DNA of 64,000 nucleotides from Balanoglossus misakiensis (lineage: Eukaryota > Animalia > Hemichordata): contig CM082580.2 in NCBI GenBank assembly GCA_040954595.2, forward strand, positions 3,524,783-3,588,782. The letters are read 5' to 3'. The notes beneath the pieces are model-generated. The model searched no databases. It was not told where the DNA came from and saw only the letters and a list, made by a program, of their open reading frames with translations. Positions 1 to 14,400 of this stretch are shown here, piece by piece. Made by a program: the position numbers and the translations under genes. Every line of letters begins with the position of its first letter. Position 1 is the stretch's first letter.

Positions 1-126
1 GTCAAAAAATGCTGCAATTTAAGTAATGTGGTATAACAGGCAGCACTTGCATCAAAAATTTTTGGGAAAAATTGGATTCAGGTGTGGCTTTCTGTTGATT
101 ACTCAATGATTCATTAGACTAGACAA

Positions 127-302
127 CAGTGAAACCTGTCTATTAAGGACACCTCTGGGACAAAAAATCTGTCCTTTATAGACAAGTGTCCTAAATACAC
201 AGGTAATATTCTATTACAACCATGACTTTTGTCTTGAATAATCTGTCCTTAATAGAGAGGTGTCCTGATTAGAAAGGTTTCAGTGATGACAGGTTTCACT
301 GT
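127..302. mobile_element. MITE, Tc1/mariner-like termini (CAGTGAAACCTGTC...GACAGGTTTCACTG); second copy at ~17766-17940
   Basis: 14-bp terminal inverted repeats and internal repeats of tgtcct..atagac/gagg. It is present in both cassette copies. Confidence 0.75.
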
Positions 303-457
303 AGTTATAAACATTGTAAGACAGGAAAATTATGCATCAGTACATCACTTGTAGCGGGTCTTCTTGCAATCAACTATCAAGCTGATTTCCTGCCATGCAT
401 CGATTCCAGTTATATATTTAAATTACATGAACATCATGCTTGTGTTGAAAGTCTTAC

Positions 458-3400
458 CTGAGCAAAGTTCTGTCAGTAAAGAGATGTCATCCAATGCAAT
501 ATAACCAAGAGTACCTGGCAGACTCGCATGAGCTTCAAATACAAACTGATTGAGAAAATCAATAGTGAATGTAAGATTTCTGGATCTGATTATTGTCTCA
601 CAGTTTAACAACATGTTGATTGTTTGGAGTTCAATCTTTCCGGATGGAAAATAAACAGTTTGTTAGCCGTCCAGAGATAAAACATTCAATCACTACTACA
701 CCTGCAATTTATTGAACTCTCACCAAGATATGAAACACATAGTTCACCAATCTTGACTGTAATCATGAGAGATTGCAATGTGAAAATCCATCCATACGAA
801 ACGTATGAGAGATTGCAATGTGAAAATCCATCCATACAAAATGTATAAGAGATTGCAATGTGAAAATCCATCCATACAAAACGTAATCCCTTTCCCGACC
901 ATTAAAGCGAACGAGGTGAATAGAAACCATACCTGATATTCTACAGAACTCTCAAAATTAAAAGCTCCACGGATCCAATCTGAACCTTTAGAGCCTGACA
1001 CAGTAAACTTTTCCAGTCTTGTCTCTGGATTTTCACTGTCAACCAAGAACACTTTCATGGTGCCAACTTCTGATAAGTAAACAAAAACAAACAAACATGC
1101 AGAACAATTTAGTAAGTGGTTTCCATTGTCTACAATGATACAAGAAGTATATGTAAATTCAAATTCTCCACAATGTCCATTGCAAGCATCACACTTAGTG
1201 TGTGTGGGATTTCAAAGTACAGTTTTTAACAAAGCTAAATATATATATTATATCTATCTAGCTGAACTTGCAGGAACTTCAGCCAGTTTTTACTCGAACT
1301 GTCAATAAATTTTTACATGCACACTATCGTACATCACAAGGGTATTCTAATATAGACCCTATATGAGAAAGCAATTTACTTATCTGGAACATTGAACACA
1401 TCATTTGAACACTGAGCACGAAAACTCATAGATAATAATCTTACCTTTACAGTAAATCCTGAAGTTTTTAAATACACTCACTTACATGTATTAGACTTTT
1501 CAACACATTTACATGTATTTTCATTTAAGACACAATTCAAAAACACATGTCCTATCACGACGTGTTTCAACAATTGTGTATACTGCATCACAACACATAC
1601 CGTTATCATAGCCATACATTTGATAGTAGAATTCCAGACATGATCCCTCTGTCGCCTCGAAATGTTCACTAACAAGGTCACCTCTTGTGCCAAACGGAGC
1701 TGACCGGGCTGAATCTACAAACACATACCAACCTGAAAATGACATGGTCATACGATTAGTGTCATGATTAGAAATTGTATGGGAAAACACTAGCAAATTG
1801 AGGACAAGCTGTCTTTAAATTCAATATAAATGTTCAACAATTGGATTTTTCTGAGAAATGAAGAAAAGTCAATGTATTATGGTACAAATTGGCCATACAT
1901 GTCTAGAACTGCATCCCAAAATTGTCACATATAAGACAGGACAAATCTTCAATACTTATACACATAAATGTTAAATGTAAACATTTGCTGATTGGGAAAT
2001 TATAGACATGGAAGATTTCAAATACTTGTTGATTTGGCTCAATTTGACCAGGCCAGGACTTTTGCAAGGAAACATTGTATCCTCTCACACAAATATTAAA
2101 GTACCCAGGCTGTGGTGAGCAATATCCTTGGCATAGGAAAGTATTAAATTGAAAATGCTGCTGCTAAGTGTCACAGTAAACTTCAGTTTGCATGAGTGTG
2201 CTAGGCCAAGTTTCTTACCATCAGCAGTGCCTGTAGTATGATCTGCAGAGGGTCCAATGTATGCACTTGGCATACTTCCCGTATTCCACATCCAATCAAA
2301 ATCATCCGTAGTATCTGGTACATTCTGCCAACCACACATGTTGGTTTCAAAATCACAATTACCTGAAAAAAACACAATAAAATGGATGACTTGTCTGTTC
2401 ATGAAGCTGGATCTTTTCTATCTGTCACAGATTTGATTCAGTTTGAACACTTTGTGACGATGAAGCTAAATAACAATCAAAATGCAATTTGTGGTACATT
2501 AAACTATGCGGCATTTGAAATTAAAAACCTAGCTCTCTTTTCAAGTTATCTTATCAATTTCACTTATTATGCTTTTATTCAGCAGATTTCTTTTTTGTTT
2601 TAAACCTATCATTTAACTTTTTACTAATTTTTACTTTTAAATTTGATTTTTTATGCCTGTTCATGTTCGTCATAATACCGCTTCTACATAAAAACATTTC
2701 TTAATCTTTTCATAAGTGCTTTGAATATTATAACCAGACAGGATACAGGGCTGGAAACAAGCATTTTTTGAAACATTACCTATTGGAGGACATGCTCCTG
2801 GTATAAGAGTGACATCATCAATTGCTATATCTCCTTTAGAATCTGATCCTATGCTGGCTGCAATGGATATACGATAATCCTCATCATGGTTGACAGTGGC
2901 CTGTCCGTAATGCCATCGATCGCCTCGATCACCTACAAAAATGATTGACAGTAATAAAGGTGAAAACAATAAGTTTATCTGTTTGTTAGGAATGGCCACC
3001 AGACGGGTGCTAAGGTTGTTTGTTAAACTCAGACAACACCGAGTTTACTTTTACTTGTGTCACTCATGTTGAGGTATGTAAGACTATGGCTATAGCTCAG
3101 AAATACATGTAGAGGTCCAGTCGTACTGCAAGAAATATGTACACCCATATGTATTGTGGGAATATTTACATTCTCATATGGAATAACATGTACCAGTGGA
3201 CAAGTTCATGTATACCATTAAAAGTAGGAGTGGGGGTAGTTGCTGGCTGTCAAAAATATACAGACTGAATTTCATGCACAACTTACCTGCTTTGCTCCAT
3301 ACATCAGTGAGCTGCCCGGTTGATACTGGCATGACATTGATGCTGAGGGTTCCAATGTCGACACCATACATGTGATACCAGAACTGGAAGCATTCTTCGC

Positions 3401-6400
3401 TCCCTTCTGGCAATATCATACTGTTCAGTCTTGCTGTTTCTCCTTCTGGTCTAGGCAAAGCTTCAGACGCTTCAATGTATGCAAATGTACCTGAAATAAA
3501 AAAGGCGACTCGATTTGAGCATTGGAATATACCTAACAATGAAATCTCTATGTTAAATTGCCACTACCACTAGCAATAAAAAGAGTATCTTATTAAAGGG
3601 CCAGCACCATGCCCATACCCACAACACGTAAAATCACTCTTCAGGTGAAGTCGAGGTTTGTTGCCGTCTAGAATCTCACATCACCCAATATGATAAACTA
3701 GAAAATTTGCAGTCAAATCGAAGGATTAATAAATGACGCAATTTTTAATCGGTAAGCATCTGGATTAGCAAAGCAGTTTGCAAAGTTCCATTACATCACT
3801 TTTTTTTCCAACTATGAAAATTACGAACCTTCAGAAGTGCCTGTTGTGTGATCTACCTCCGGTCCTGTGCCACTAGAGGGCGTACCATCATTTCCACGGA
3901 ACCAATCAAAGTCATCATCGGTTGCCTGCTCCCAGTAGCAGAAGTCAGCTTCAAAGTCACATCCAACTTCACATGCAGTAAAGTAGTAGACATGATATCA
4001 ATATGCAAGGTAATATACTCATTTGACATTTCAAAAATACAACTGTGACCCATTCATGTCAAGTGTACATTCAATATGAAAATGGCACTGCAATATGTCC
4101 ACATATCTAAACAATATTATCCCCAATAAACAACTGTGATGAATTCAGAAGAACCTCACAAAAAGTGTTGAAATTTCACTTTCAATTCCATAAATCTAGG
4201 CTATTTGGCACAGTTGAAAGAAATAGTTTTAACATTGATGTTTTGAATCACAACATCACAAATTTGAATTATTAAACTCTCCTCAGATAAGAAATACTCT
4301 TTAAAATCCATTTGAAGCCCACGTGAAACTTCACCAACACATTTTAAAAGAAAATTGTCTAGTCTTTTCAACACATTTTTTTTCAACACAGGTTTTGCAT
4401 ATAATGTAAAAACATCATACATTTAAGGTTGCCAAACGCCCATCACATTGTGTCATTAAATGATCATCAAGAACGAGCAATGATTGGGTTTCCAATGTGA
4501 GGCTTTTAGAAAATGTAAAGTTGTGTGGGGTTGAGACTTTAAGAAATGTATTTTATGAAAGGGTATTTAGGTGTGCGGTATGTAATCCCTTAAAACACAG
4601 GGAAAGTCAATAACATCAGAATGATGATGATGTCCACCTGGCAAGCTGTGAATATGTTGTCTTAATACCGCAAGATTAATATTATTATAGTAAATGTACT
4701 GACCTGTATTTACAGTACAAGGTCCAGGGTTAACACTAATATCGTCCACTGCTACAGTTCCTCCACTGTTTTCACCCATCACAGCCTCAAAGTGGATCTT
4801 AATAATTCAAGAAACAAATTCCATTATTGTATAATGTCATTCTTCACCTGCAGATGTTGATTTTTGTGGTCTGTTCACCCAAGAAATTTCAGAAATGAAT
4901 TCTGCATTTCATATTGATTTGTTATGGAGATATTTGACTTTCTTGATTGATCCAATAGGAATTATCTAAAAAAAAATTCCTAAAACACAACTCATACCTG
5001 CCACTGGTCTTCAAAAGTGAAGGTGTGGTGTGCTTCAAGCCACATGTTTCTCTGAGTGTAAAATCGAGTCCATTGTATATCCTCTGTGTAGCCATGTTGT
5101 TGTGTGTACATGTTGAGTCTATACAAGTTTGGTCCTAACATGTGATACCAGAATTTAACGCAGTATTCTTGTGTTCCTGTTTCTGTTTGTGGATACGTTG
5201 TGATTCTGGCATTTTGATCTTTGCTTGCTTCAGCTGTGTTGATGAATATGTAGGATCCTGTAACCAAAATACAAGGATAAGTTCATATCAAGTTTATAGT
5301 TATTGAGTCAAGTTTGACTCAGATTCATTGTATTTTTCCAAGTGAAGGTCAAGTATGTTGTTTACCGTCAAAGTTGGTGTGATCATATCCAGGACCGGTT
5401 TCTGGTGATGCACCACTGCTGGAATCACCCAGTCTCCAATCAAAATCATCATGTCCTGCACCTGCCTGCATCCATCCACACCAATCATCTTCAAAATCAC
5501 ATGTCAACTCTGAAAGATAACAAACCAATCGAATAATTTAAGTGTCATTAGGTAGAACCAAATTTTATTGCAGTTAAGTGTTTGAGTCTCATAACAGCCC
5601 GTTTCATTCTAGCAAGGCAACTTAATTATTGTGTGAATTAAATATAGTGTACTGGTATGTGGGATTAGCACATCAAAGTCACTAATTAATTAATAAATTA
5701 ATTGATTGATTGATTGATTGAATAATTAATTAATTAATTAATCAATTAATTAATTAGAGTAAACTAGCATGGTGATATCCAAAAAGCTAGTACACTTAAA
5801 CGTGAGAGCTGATTGTTACATGTTATTCTGAGAATTACCACAGAATTCAAAATAGCTGCAACAAAGTTGAAGATCTTACCATCTGCATTGGGTGGGACAT
5901 CACCAGGATGACAGTTGACAAATACAATTTCATCAACGGCAGCATCATTTGTTCCCCCGGTAACAGTTCCAAGCAGTGGATACACATCAATGATCACCTG
6001 GGGGGAAAAAAATCAAAGTCAAAGACTTATACAATGTAGGTCACTGATAAAACAATTGGCAACCTCTCTATACTGGCCACCTCTACATAGTGGCCACTTT
6101 GTTACAGTCCCTGTGTAATTTACATGATTGACCTGTCTCTAAAGGCCACCTGTCTAAAAAGGCCAATTTAGGAAAGTTCCACTATAGACAGATTTGACTG
6201 TATTGTAAGACACCAATGACTCACCCAGAAGCCAGCCGGCTGTTGCCCAAGCATAACACGAGCCTGTTTCCACTGATTTCCCTGATCTCCAGAATCTGTG
6301 TAAACAAGATACATGTCTGGAGGTGTGGTACCATTTGCCACAAACACAGCAATGGCAGCATTTGCATCCCCATGCAAGTAATACCAGAAGTCCACTTCAC

Positions 6401-9400
6401 ATGCTTGACCCATCTCTCCAAATGGAACCGATAGTAGGACAGCTTCAAAGTAGAACTTCGCATCCTTGCTTTCTACCATCATATAGTGACCTGCGATAAG
6501 CAAGAAATAACACTTTCAGAATCTTCTGCAAAACTTTAGCAAAGTTGACACACATAATTCGAATGTACCGTACAACTGCAGTGCATAAGGATGTTTAAAG
6601 GTATACAGTCACTTCTAATTTACATATGGCTAAAATGAGTGGTCTAAAGAACATGTGGTGGTCCCCTTTTTGTGTGGCCATCATGGTATTGGCTAGATCC
6701 AAACTTGCATGGTAACTGGGGCTAAATTTTAGTACAAGTAAACTATAGGCGACCATTTATAAATTTGCATACAAGTAACATATATTTATAGGTGACCATA
6801 TACATGTACTTTTAAAGTGGTATTTACACTGCATCAAAGCATTTATGACGTGTTGCACTGTGTTCTGTATAAGCAATTTCTGAAGTGAGACTGTTTTTCT
6901 CCCAAGTATACACAGGAATGTGGCTGAGAGTTTATGATAATTACACGTTGGTTTAAGCACCCACCTTCTTCATTTCCTGTGGCATCGGTGACTGGTGCAT
7001 AGACAGACTCTGAACTTTTGGCTTGGAACAGTTCCCAGCTGTAGTGACCACTACTTTGGTCAAACCACCCACACTGACCACTTTCAAAGTCACAGGTACC
7101 TGAAATACCAACCATACCAATTTCATGTTGGGTCTTATGGAAGGTAGAATCAATATCACTTGAAGTTCCTGAGTGGGGTGGATCAGGTAGTATTTGGCAA
7201 AATGTGCAACTTCGAAACTAAAATCAGTCTTATTTTTGTGATATTACATGAAATTACACTTTGCAGCTTAAATACAGGGTTAAGCTTTCCTAAATCATAT
7301 GCATTATATACTGTAAAACACTTTATTTTCGTGAGTTGAAAATTTCGCGATATCGAGAGAGGCCACTGTTTCGTGAGTATTAATTTTCGCGTTCTCTTAT
7401 TTCATTCACTGCATCGTTATCTTCAAAAAAATTTACGCGACTTTTTATTTTCACGCTTTTTTGGCTCTCGCATATTTCGCGTAAATTTATTGCTTGCGAA
7501 AATAACATGTTTTACAGTACATCTACAAGTGACAAGTTTACTCACCACAGACCATTTCATCTGAGTTATCACCGCAGTCATCTTGGAAATCACAAACCAA
7601 CGATTGTTCAATGCACTGTAAATTATCACAAGTGAAGAGTTCTCCACAAGGATTGGGTGTTGGAGGCGGTGGTGTAGCCACAGGCAGAGCAGTCGATGTC
7701 ACTTCACAATCGGGAGTGAATGTGATGTCATCTATAGCGATGTAGCCATCCACACCAGAACCGACGACAGCTTCAAATAATATCTGTGGAGAAGTGTCGT
7801 ATTAAGGGAATTTGTAGAAAATAATCTAAACATACATCTATGATCTCAACAAAACTAGAAGTGTGGTGTACGTACTGGTAAATTTGACTAGTTTCCAAAT
7901 CATTGGAGTGGGGATTCTCTTGGGTTAGTGTCAATGCAGTCATTTCAGGGAATTAGTTATGTACTGTTAATGAAAGTTCCAAAATCATTAACCTGTGTTG
8001 GGGCCATACTATCAATGAAACAGGTTCTCTGCCTTGTGAATATAATTAGCATGAGAATCCAGTTTGCAATCTTTGGAAAGAGCTGCAGGTCACAATCAGA
8101 AACTCTTCCCAGTTGCATACAATTATGACCCAACAATGATTATAAGAGGAGCAATTCAGACAAGCTTTACCTGCCAGTTGTCTGCACTGTTCAGCTGTAA
8201 TTCTGCTCTGTGCCAATAATCTCCCCTTCCACTACTCACACTAAAGACAATATCATCAGGGTTGATATAACCTTCATATGGACGCAGATAAATATTCAAT
8301 GTACCAACACCGTAACCCAGCATGTGGTAGTAGAACCTCAACTGTCAATTATGAAATAAAACAAAATTATTAACATTTATTAGTTGTGAAATTTGGACAT
8401 TTGATCTCAAAAGCCCACTGATACTTCAATATTCAAAATTTCAACATTTTATTAAAGCCCCTATAGCTGCCAAATTTCACATATTTTTTTCACAGTAAAA
8501 TACTTCAAATGTCTTCCCTATCTAAAATCCTCACTATTAAAGTGGAACGTTGTGATCCGTTTTTGAGCCAATTCTGCGAAATGCGATTAAAAAGTACTAT
8601 GAAAAACGTTGGTTTCATTCACTTTCACTTACGCATAACAGAGCTACAGCCAGCCAAAAACTGCGCGAACCCGGAAGTGAGTGACGTCAGCAACTCGTTG
8701 GAGCGAGCTTATGCTTATACACGCCTGCACTCACGCGACCGACGACGTTAGCATGGCAACATATTCTCGGGTAGTAGGCTACAATTTTGAACCAGAGATT
8801 CCCTTCTACGACCAAGCGACTGAATTTTACAGAGGACAAAAGTTCATGCAGTTCTGATCTCCGATGTGTCCCGTTTGTCAAGGCTTACACTTGGTGTGGT
8901 TTCAGTGAAACCATAGACCCTAGAGTCTATGGTGAAATAGACAATGCTGCAATTAAAATATACCCTCCCTCGTTGTCTCTCCCTCGTTGTCACCTTTTCG
9001 AACCACTTTTCTTACAAAAATACTTAGTCACCTTTTATGGAGTTGAAAAGAATGCAGGTGCATCGTCCTGCTCTCCAGGTGTAGTACGTCCGTAGTATAA
9101 TGGAAGCCAATACTATAGTTATTGTATGCATGTTTCGTCTCTTGAAATGTATTAAAACTGCCCTTTTTAGTTGCTTTCATTTGATAACTATGCGATCGTC
9201 AATAAATGGAAATTAAACCCAAATACGTGTACCAAAAAACGTGCAGGAAGGATTTAAAACGGTACGTTTATTATTATCAGCGGCAGTTAGAACAACTTTG
9301 TATAGGCCTTACGGTTTGTTCATAAACGTCGACATGCATGGCATCATGGACATTGCAGGGTCTATGTCTGCACGCATCGACAAATACAATACACGAAGAG

Positions 9401-11379
9401 CATTGCCTTTGAAAGAAACTTATCCCCGTCGATTTTCCGAATATGTTTTTAAAATCATGAACTTGACATTTCGCCATGTCAGATCCGCGCAAAATGTGTC
9501 TGTTTATTGGAAATGACACGTCGAACGTGTAAGTTGCTGACGTCACTGTAGTATTTTCAACGCGCGTCTTCTGCTTGCGCAGGAAGTGAAAGTGAATTAA
9601 CCCATCGGAACGTTGCCGTTTTTGACACCCGGTTTGTACTTTGAAGCCCAAAATTGAGGGTGTCGTTCCACTTTAAGCCATATTACTTGCATCAGTTTGT
9701 CATTGTATGGAGGCTGATTAAATCGGTGCAGCACCGTTTTAATATACATAGCATGTTCAAATTGCAACATGCAGTCACAATCGGGCATCGATAAGAAGGT
9801 GTTCATGTTTACGTATCAGTTAGCTTATTTAGATGCACCAATCTAAGTTGGAAAATAAAATCATGAAAATAATACACAAAGTGGTAGCTCTAGAGGCTTC
9901 AAGAACAAAATTATTACATGTATCACTTTATATCCACTGTATCAGACAGTTTGCACAGAAATATCTGTCTTCTGACACACAGATATAAGATTCAAATAAA
10001 TTCCATAATGAAAAATAACTTACATAACAATTGTCATTGTGTGTTGGCAGATAATTTTCACTCCTGAACAAGGCTGTATCACCCCCTCTACGTGGAAGAC
10101 GTGAATCTACATAGACATAATGACCGGCTGCTGTACTGGTGGTGTGATCGCGTCCAGGTCCAGTATGAGATCCCACCATGCCTTGCTGTCCACTCTCATG
10201 CCACCAATCAATTGTGGCATACTGCGAATCGGGTTGTCCTCCGTTGTAATAAATTCGTTTCAGATCGCACCAATATTCATTGTAATTAGCATCCTCAAAA
10301 TTACAACCAGTATAGTCATCTGAGGTGAAAGGAAAAAAAGTAGAACACTATGTCATATTGCATAGCAATTGACTATAAATTTCTTACATTAAAATCATAC
10401 AAGAAAGTATCAAGTTGCTGGAGGCTGAAACAATACGTCTTGAAATTATTGTTCTGGCTGTTTCCACCATTTCATGATTTTCACTTTATAGTTCATAATT
10501 GTGTGTGGGATTGTTTGATTGTAGAATGAAAGTACCTACCACAGTCACTTTCATCGGATCTGTCTCCGCAGTCATCTGTCTCGTCACACAATCGATTCTG
10601 ATCCACACAACTTCCTCTCACACAGTGGTACTGCTCAGGTAAACATTCTTCCTGGATTTCTAGAAAATGAACAGAAAAAAAAAACGAACAATAATTAGAA
10701 TTACACCACATTTTCCAATTTCATTACTTTCCAGCAGTGTATAAACCCTGAAGAAAAACCATAGAGTTTTTCATATCTTCTGCTTCTTCATGATACTCTA
10801 AGACTTATGGATTTTGGCAAACTCTGGAGAGAGGTACACCCAACAGAAGAACATGTAAAATGTATGACAACACATTTCATTTATAAAGCATGTCAATCAC
10901 AAACCTACAAATTCACCTACCTGGCATTTCACAATACATCATTTCCAAATCATCAATTGCTATATCACCATACACGCCAAAACTTCTGGCAGCAGAGAAC
11001 ATTATCTGTCAACAACAAATTTAAATGTACTTTACATATTATATAGTTCTATTAACTTTGATATTGAACAATGTCAATAGACATTATCAACAAAAATTGG
11101 AATTACATATCTTTTAGTAAATGAATATGTCCTTTATGAATGTGTTTCTTACCATGAATGGTGAGTTGATTCTACCAAGAAATACAAGACCCTGTCTCCA
11201 TTCATCACCTTGGTTACCAGTCAGATGCCAGAAACGACTTTCAAGATTTACTCTAAGAACAAATACATCCAGGAATCCAATGTCTAATTCAAAGACAAGA
11301 AAAGCTCTGTGTGATTATACTATGTGGGAAAAACTATGTACAAATAACACATATATCAAGCTAATTTTAGACAATTAGA

Positions 11380-11426
<47 letters not shown>

Positions 11427-14400
11427 CATGCTTACCTTCTCCATACATGTGATACCAAAACAGCATTTGACAATGAGGACCAGTCTCGTGTAGCACTCTA
11501 CTTCTCAGTAAGGCTGTGCTCAGTGTATTGCCTTCTTGGGCTTCAACAGCCATGTACCAACCTGTTGGCAGTTGATACAAGGTATGGTGGTGAAAGGGTT
11601 AAAGACATCAACTTATAAAGGACACACTTCTGTTCCAAGCGTGTCAATTGTTTTGATAATTGGCTTTTACGATGTCATGAATGACTTAATAAAATGTGCG
11701 ACTTGGCAGATTAATGAAAAATACTCTATTCCAATATGTGATTTCTTTTTTCATTGTCTAAAAAGTTATAAATTGTACTTTTCCATTCAAGTTAATTGGG
11801 TGGTTGAAATCTACACGAGAGAGCAATATCATTTAATCCTATTGAAATATTTTTATAAATGCATCAACCGATATGTCATCAAAAAATGGTCCTTGGATAG
11901 CTATATTCGCTACATGTATGTCTCAGATTTTTAAACAGTTGTGTTTCAAATCACTCACCATACTCGTTGCCCAGAGTGTGGTCATACTGTGGTCCCGTCT
12001 GTGATGTGTCTGTACCATTTCTGTCTCTCACCCACATATATGCACTGTCACGACTTTCGTCTACGTAACCACACTGATCCTGTTCAAAGTCACACTCACC
12101 TGAACATAGAAAATAGCAAGATTTAAGCCCTCTTTTTTATACACAAGAAATCTGCATTCAGCTAATTAACACATTAGGTCTACTCTAGAATAAAATACTG
12201 CTGCAGTGTTCCCACTATGAAATTTCATAAACAAAGCATAATCTCCTCTGACAGAACTCATGGAAGAAAATGTACTCTGCTGAGATAATACATTTTCCCT
12301 TTTCATGGCAATATTGCACTTTTTTAAAAATGTGGGAATTTTCGACTGCACTTATATTTCTTTAATTTTTCTGCCATTTTGTCATATATAAGTGTTATCT
12401 TGATATACAATATCATTTTATAGGCAGAAATAAAAGCATATCTGATATTATTTACAGCTTACAGGACTTTTTTTCTAGTTGCAGCTCATTGGGGTTTTAA
12501 CATCAAAATTCAAAAGTACACAAAAATGACACTTACCACAACCAATTTCATCAGAGCCATCTGGACAGTCTTCCACCCAATTACAGACAAACTCAAAGTC
12601 TACCTCAGTGCCATCACCACATACGTGCGGCGGAGGTGTTGTGGGAGTTGGACACACACCAGATGCAGAAAAGGTATCGTCCAGTGCAATGTCAGCTTGA
12701 CCTAGAACTCCTGAACCAACAGTTCCTTTCATTATGATCTGATCAAGAAAACACATTCAAGAGATCAGGTGTGTGTACAGCACATGTAAATCAAAATATA
12801 AGGTTTTGAACAAGAAAAGATGAGCCTGATACTTTGTCTTGCGGTGGTGTAGAAATGTCCCAAGACCTTATACAAGTACATTGTCAGCCATGAACTTCTT
12901 CATAATTTGTGAAATGATTATGAAAAGTGCAATTCTTGATTAATTATACTGGAAACAAACATGAACTTACAATAAAATATGTTTCAGAGGTGATGACTAC
13001 TGATTGATGTCTCCACACGTCACCTTGGTTACCACTCATCTGCCATATTACATACTCAGGATTCTTCCCAGATTCTCCTGTTCTTTCTTCACGTATAATC
13101 ACCTTTAAAACAAATATCAAACAGACATGTAATTCACAATAATTAGTTTATATGAACACAAACAAGGCCTTTATAAAATGCAAACTGTCAACCAATATCA
13201 TTTGGTTCCATTACCAACAGAAAAAAAAGTTTTAATCATGATGACAGACTTGTCAAAGCCTCTATACTGTAGCTGCCAATTTTTTTACGAAATTTCATCC
13301 CAGAATTTCTGATGACAAGTTCATTAAGTATGCAAATAATCAGACAATTGACATGCCACGCATGGTACAATCATAATCTGTCTGTAGAAGGATAGGGTTG
13401 AATCAAATTTGGCAAAAGTAATAATGTGTCTATGTCAAAACTTTCACTGTGGTCTCTAAAGACAAATATTACCAGAAAAATAAGTGATCCTAAGGAACTT
13501 ATTATCATTTAGCTGAGACATCAAGACATAAGGACTAACCTCCAAGATTCCAGTGTTGGTTCCATACATGTGATACCAGAAACTAAAGCAACGTGTACCA
13601 GGTTCATTGGACTCAGAATACAACATGGCAGTGTGGCCTTGGAAATCACCCAAGGATGTATCCAATAACATGTAGTAACCTGTTTTAACAGACAGGCAAG
13701 TCATGTAACTTGGGTCAATTGAATATCTCAATTAATAAGTCTACTGAGTTTGTCAGCTTAAATAAAACCAGTACAGAGCTCTCTTCAATCACATAGCATT
13801 ATTTGTGAGTCAAAGATTATAATCCAATTCAAAGAACTGAAAACAGTGATTTGGGGGCCACCAAGGGTTGGAATAATAAATGAAATGACCAAAGTGGTGA
13901 AATTCTGAGGACATGGACAAATTCGAAATCTTTACTTCGTGAATGTTTTTTCTGATTATAGTGTCACTTACCATCTTCTGTCCCCAGCGTATGATCTTTA
14001 GAAGGTCCACTCAGATCAAGTGTACCTGAAATGCCTCTGTATCGTATCCAATCCATGTTGTCTTCATAGGGTGAATTGGACCAGGTACACTTACCATACT
14101 CAAAGTTACACATTCCTAACAGATTCAAAGTAAAAACATGTTGACGTGTGTCACAAATCTTTACCAGAGGAAACTGCAACGACCTTGATCTTGTTTGGCA
14201 CTTGCAATACTTATCATGGGATTGATTGCATGATATACCGTACGAGGATGATTCAAAGATTTATGCCATCTGCAATAGTCCCAATGTTAGCCATATCAAA
14301 CTCAAAGATTTTCATTTCTTTTTTTCTCTTGAGAAGATTTTACTTGCAACGGACACAACTCACCATCCCCAAGGCAGGGTCCATCAATAAGATTCACATC

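Noticed and set aside
767-880. Regular ~40-bp repeats as a CRISPR-like array
   Set aside because: No unique spacers; a simple intronic minisatellite in a eukaryotic gene.
8509-9806. Several 64-124-aa ORFs inside the 1.44-kb element as possible transposase
   Set aside because: Short, on both strands, with no DDE, THAP or other recognisable motif.
11356-11430. Poly-Met, poly-Ile, FVCL and VCMY repeat ORFs (also 28497, 42445, 54880, 63378)
   Set aside because: Translations of intronic microsatellites.
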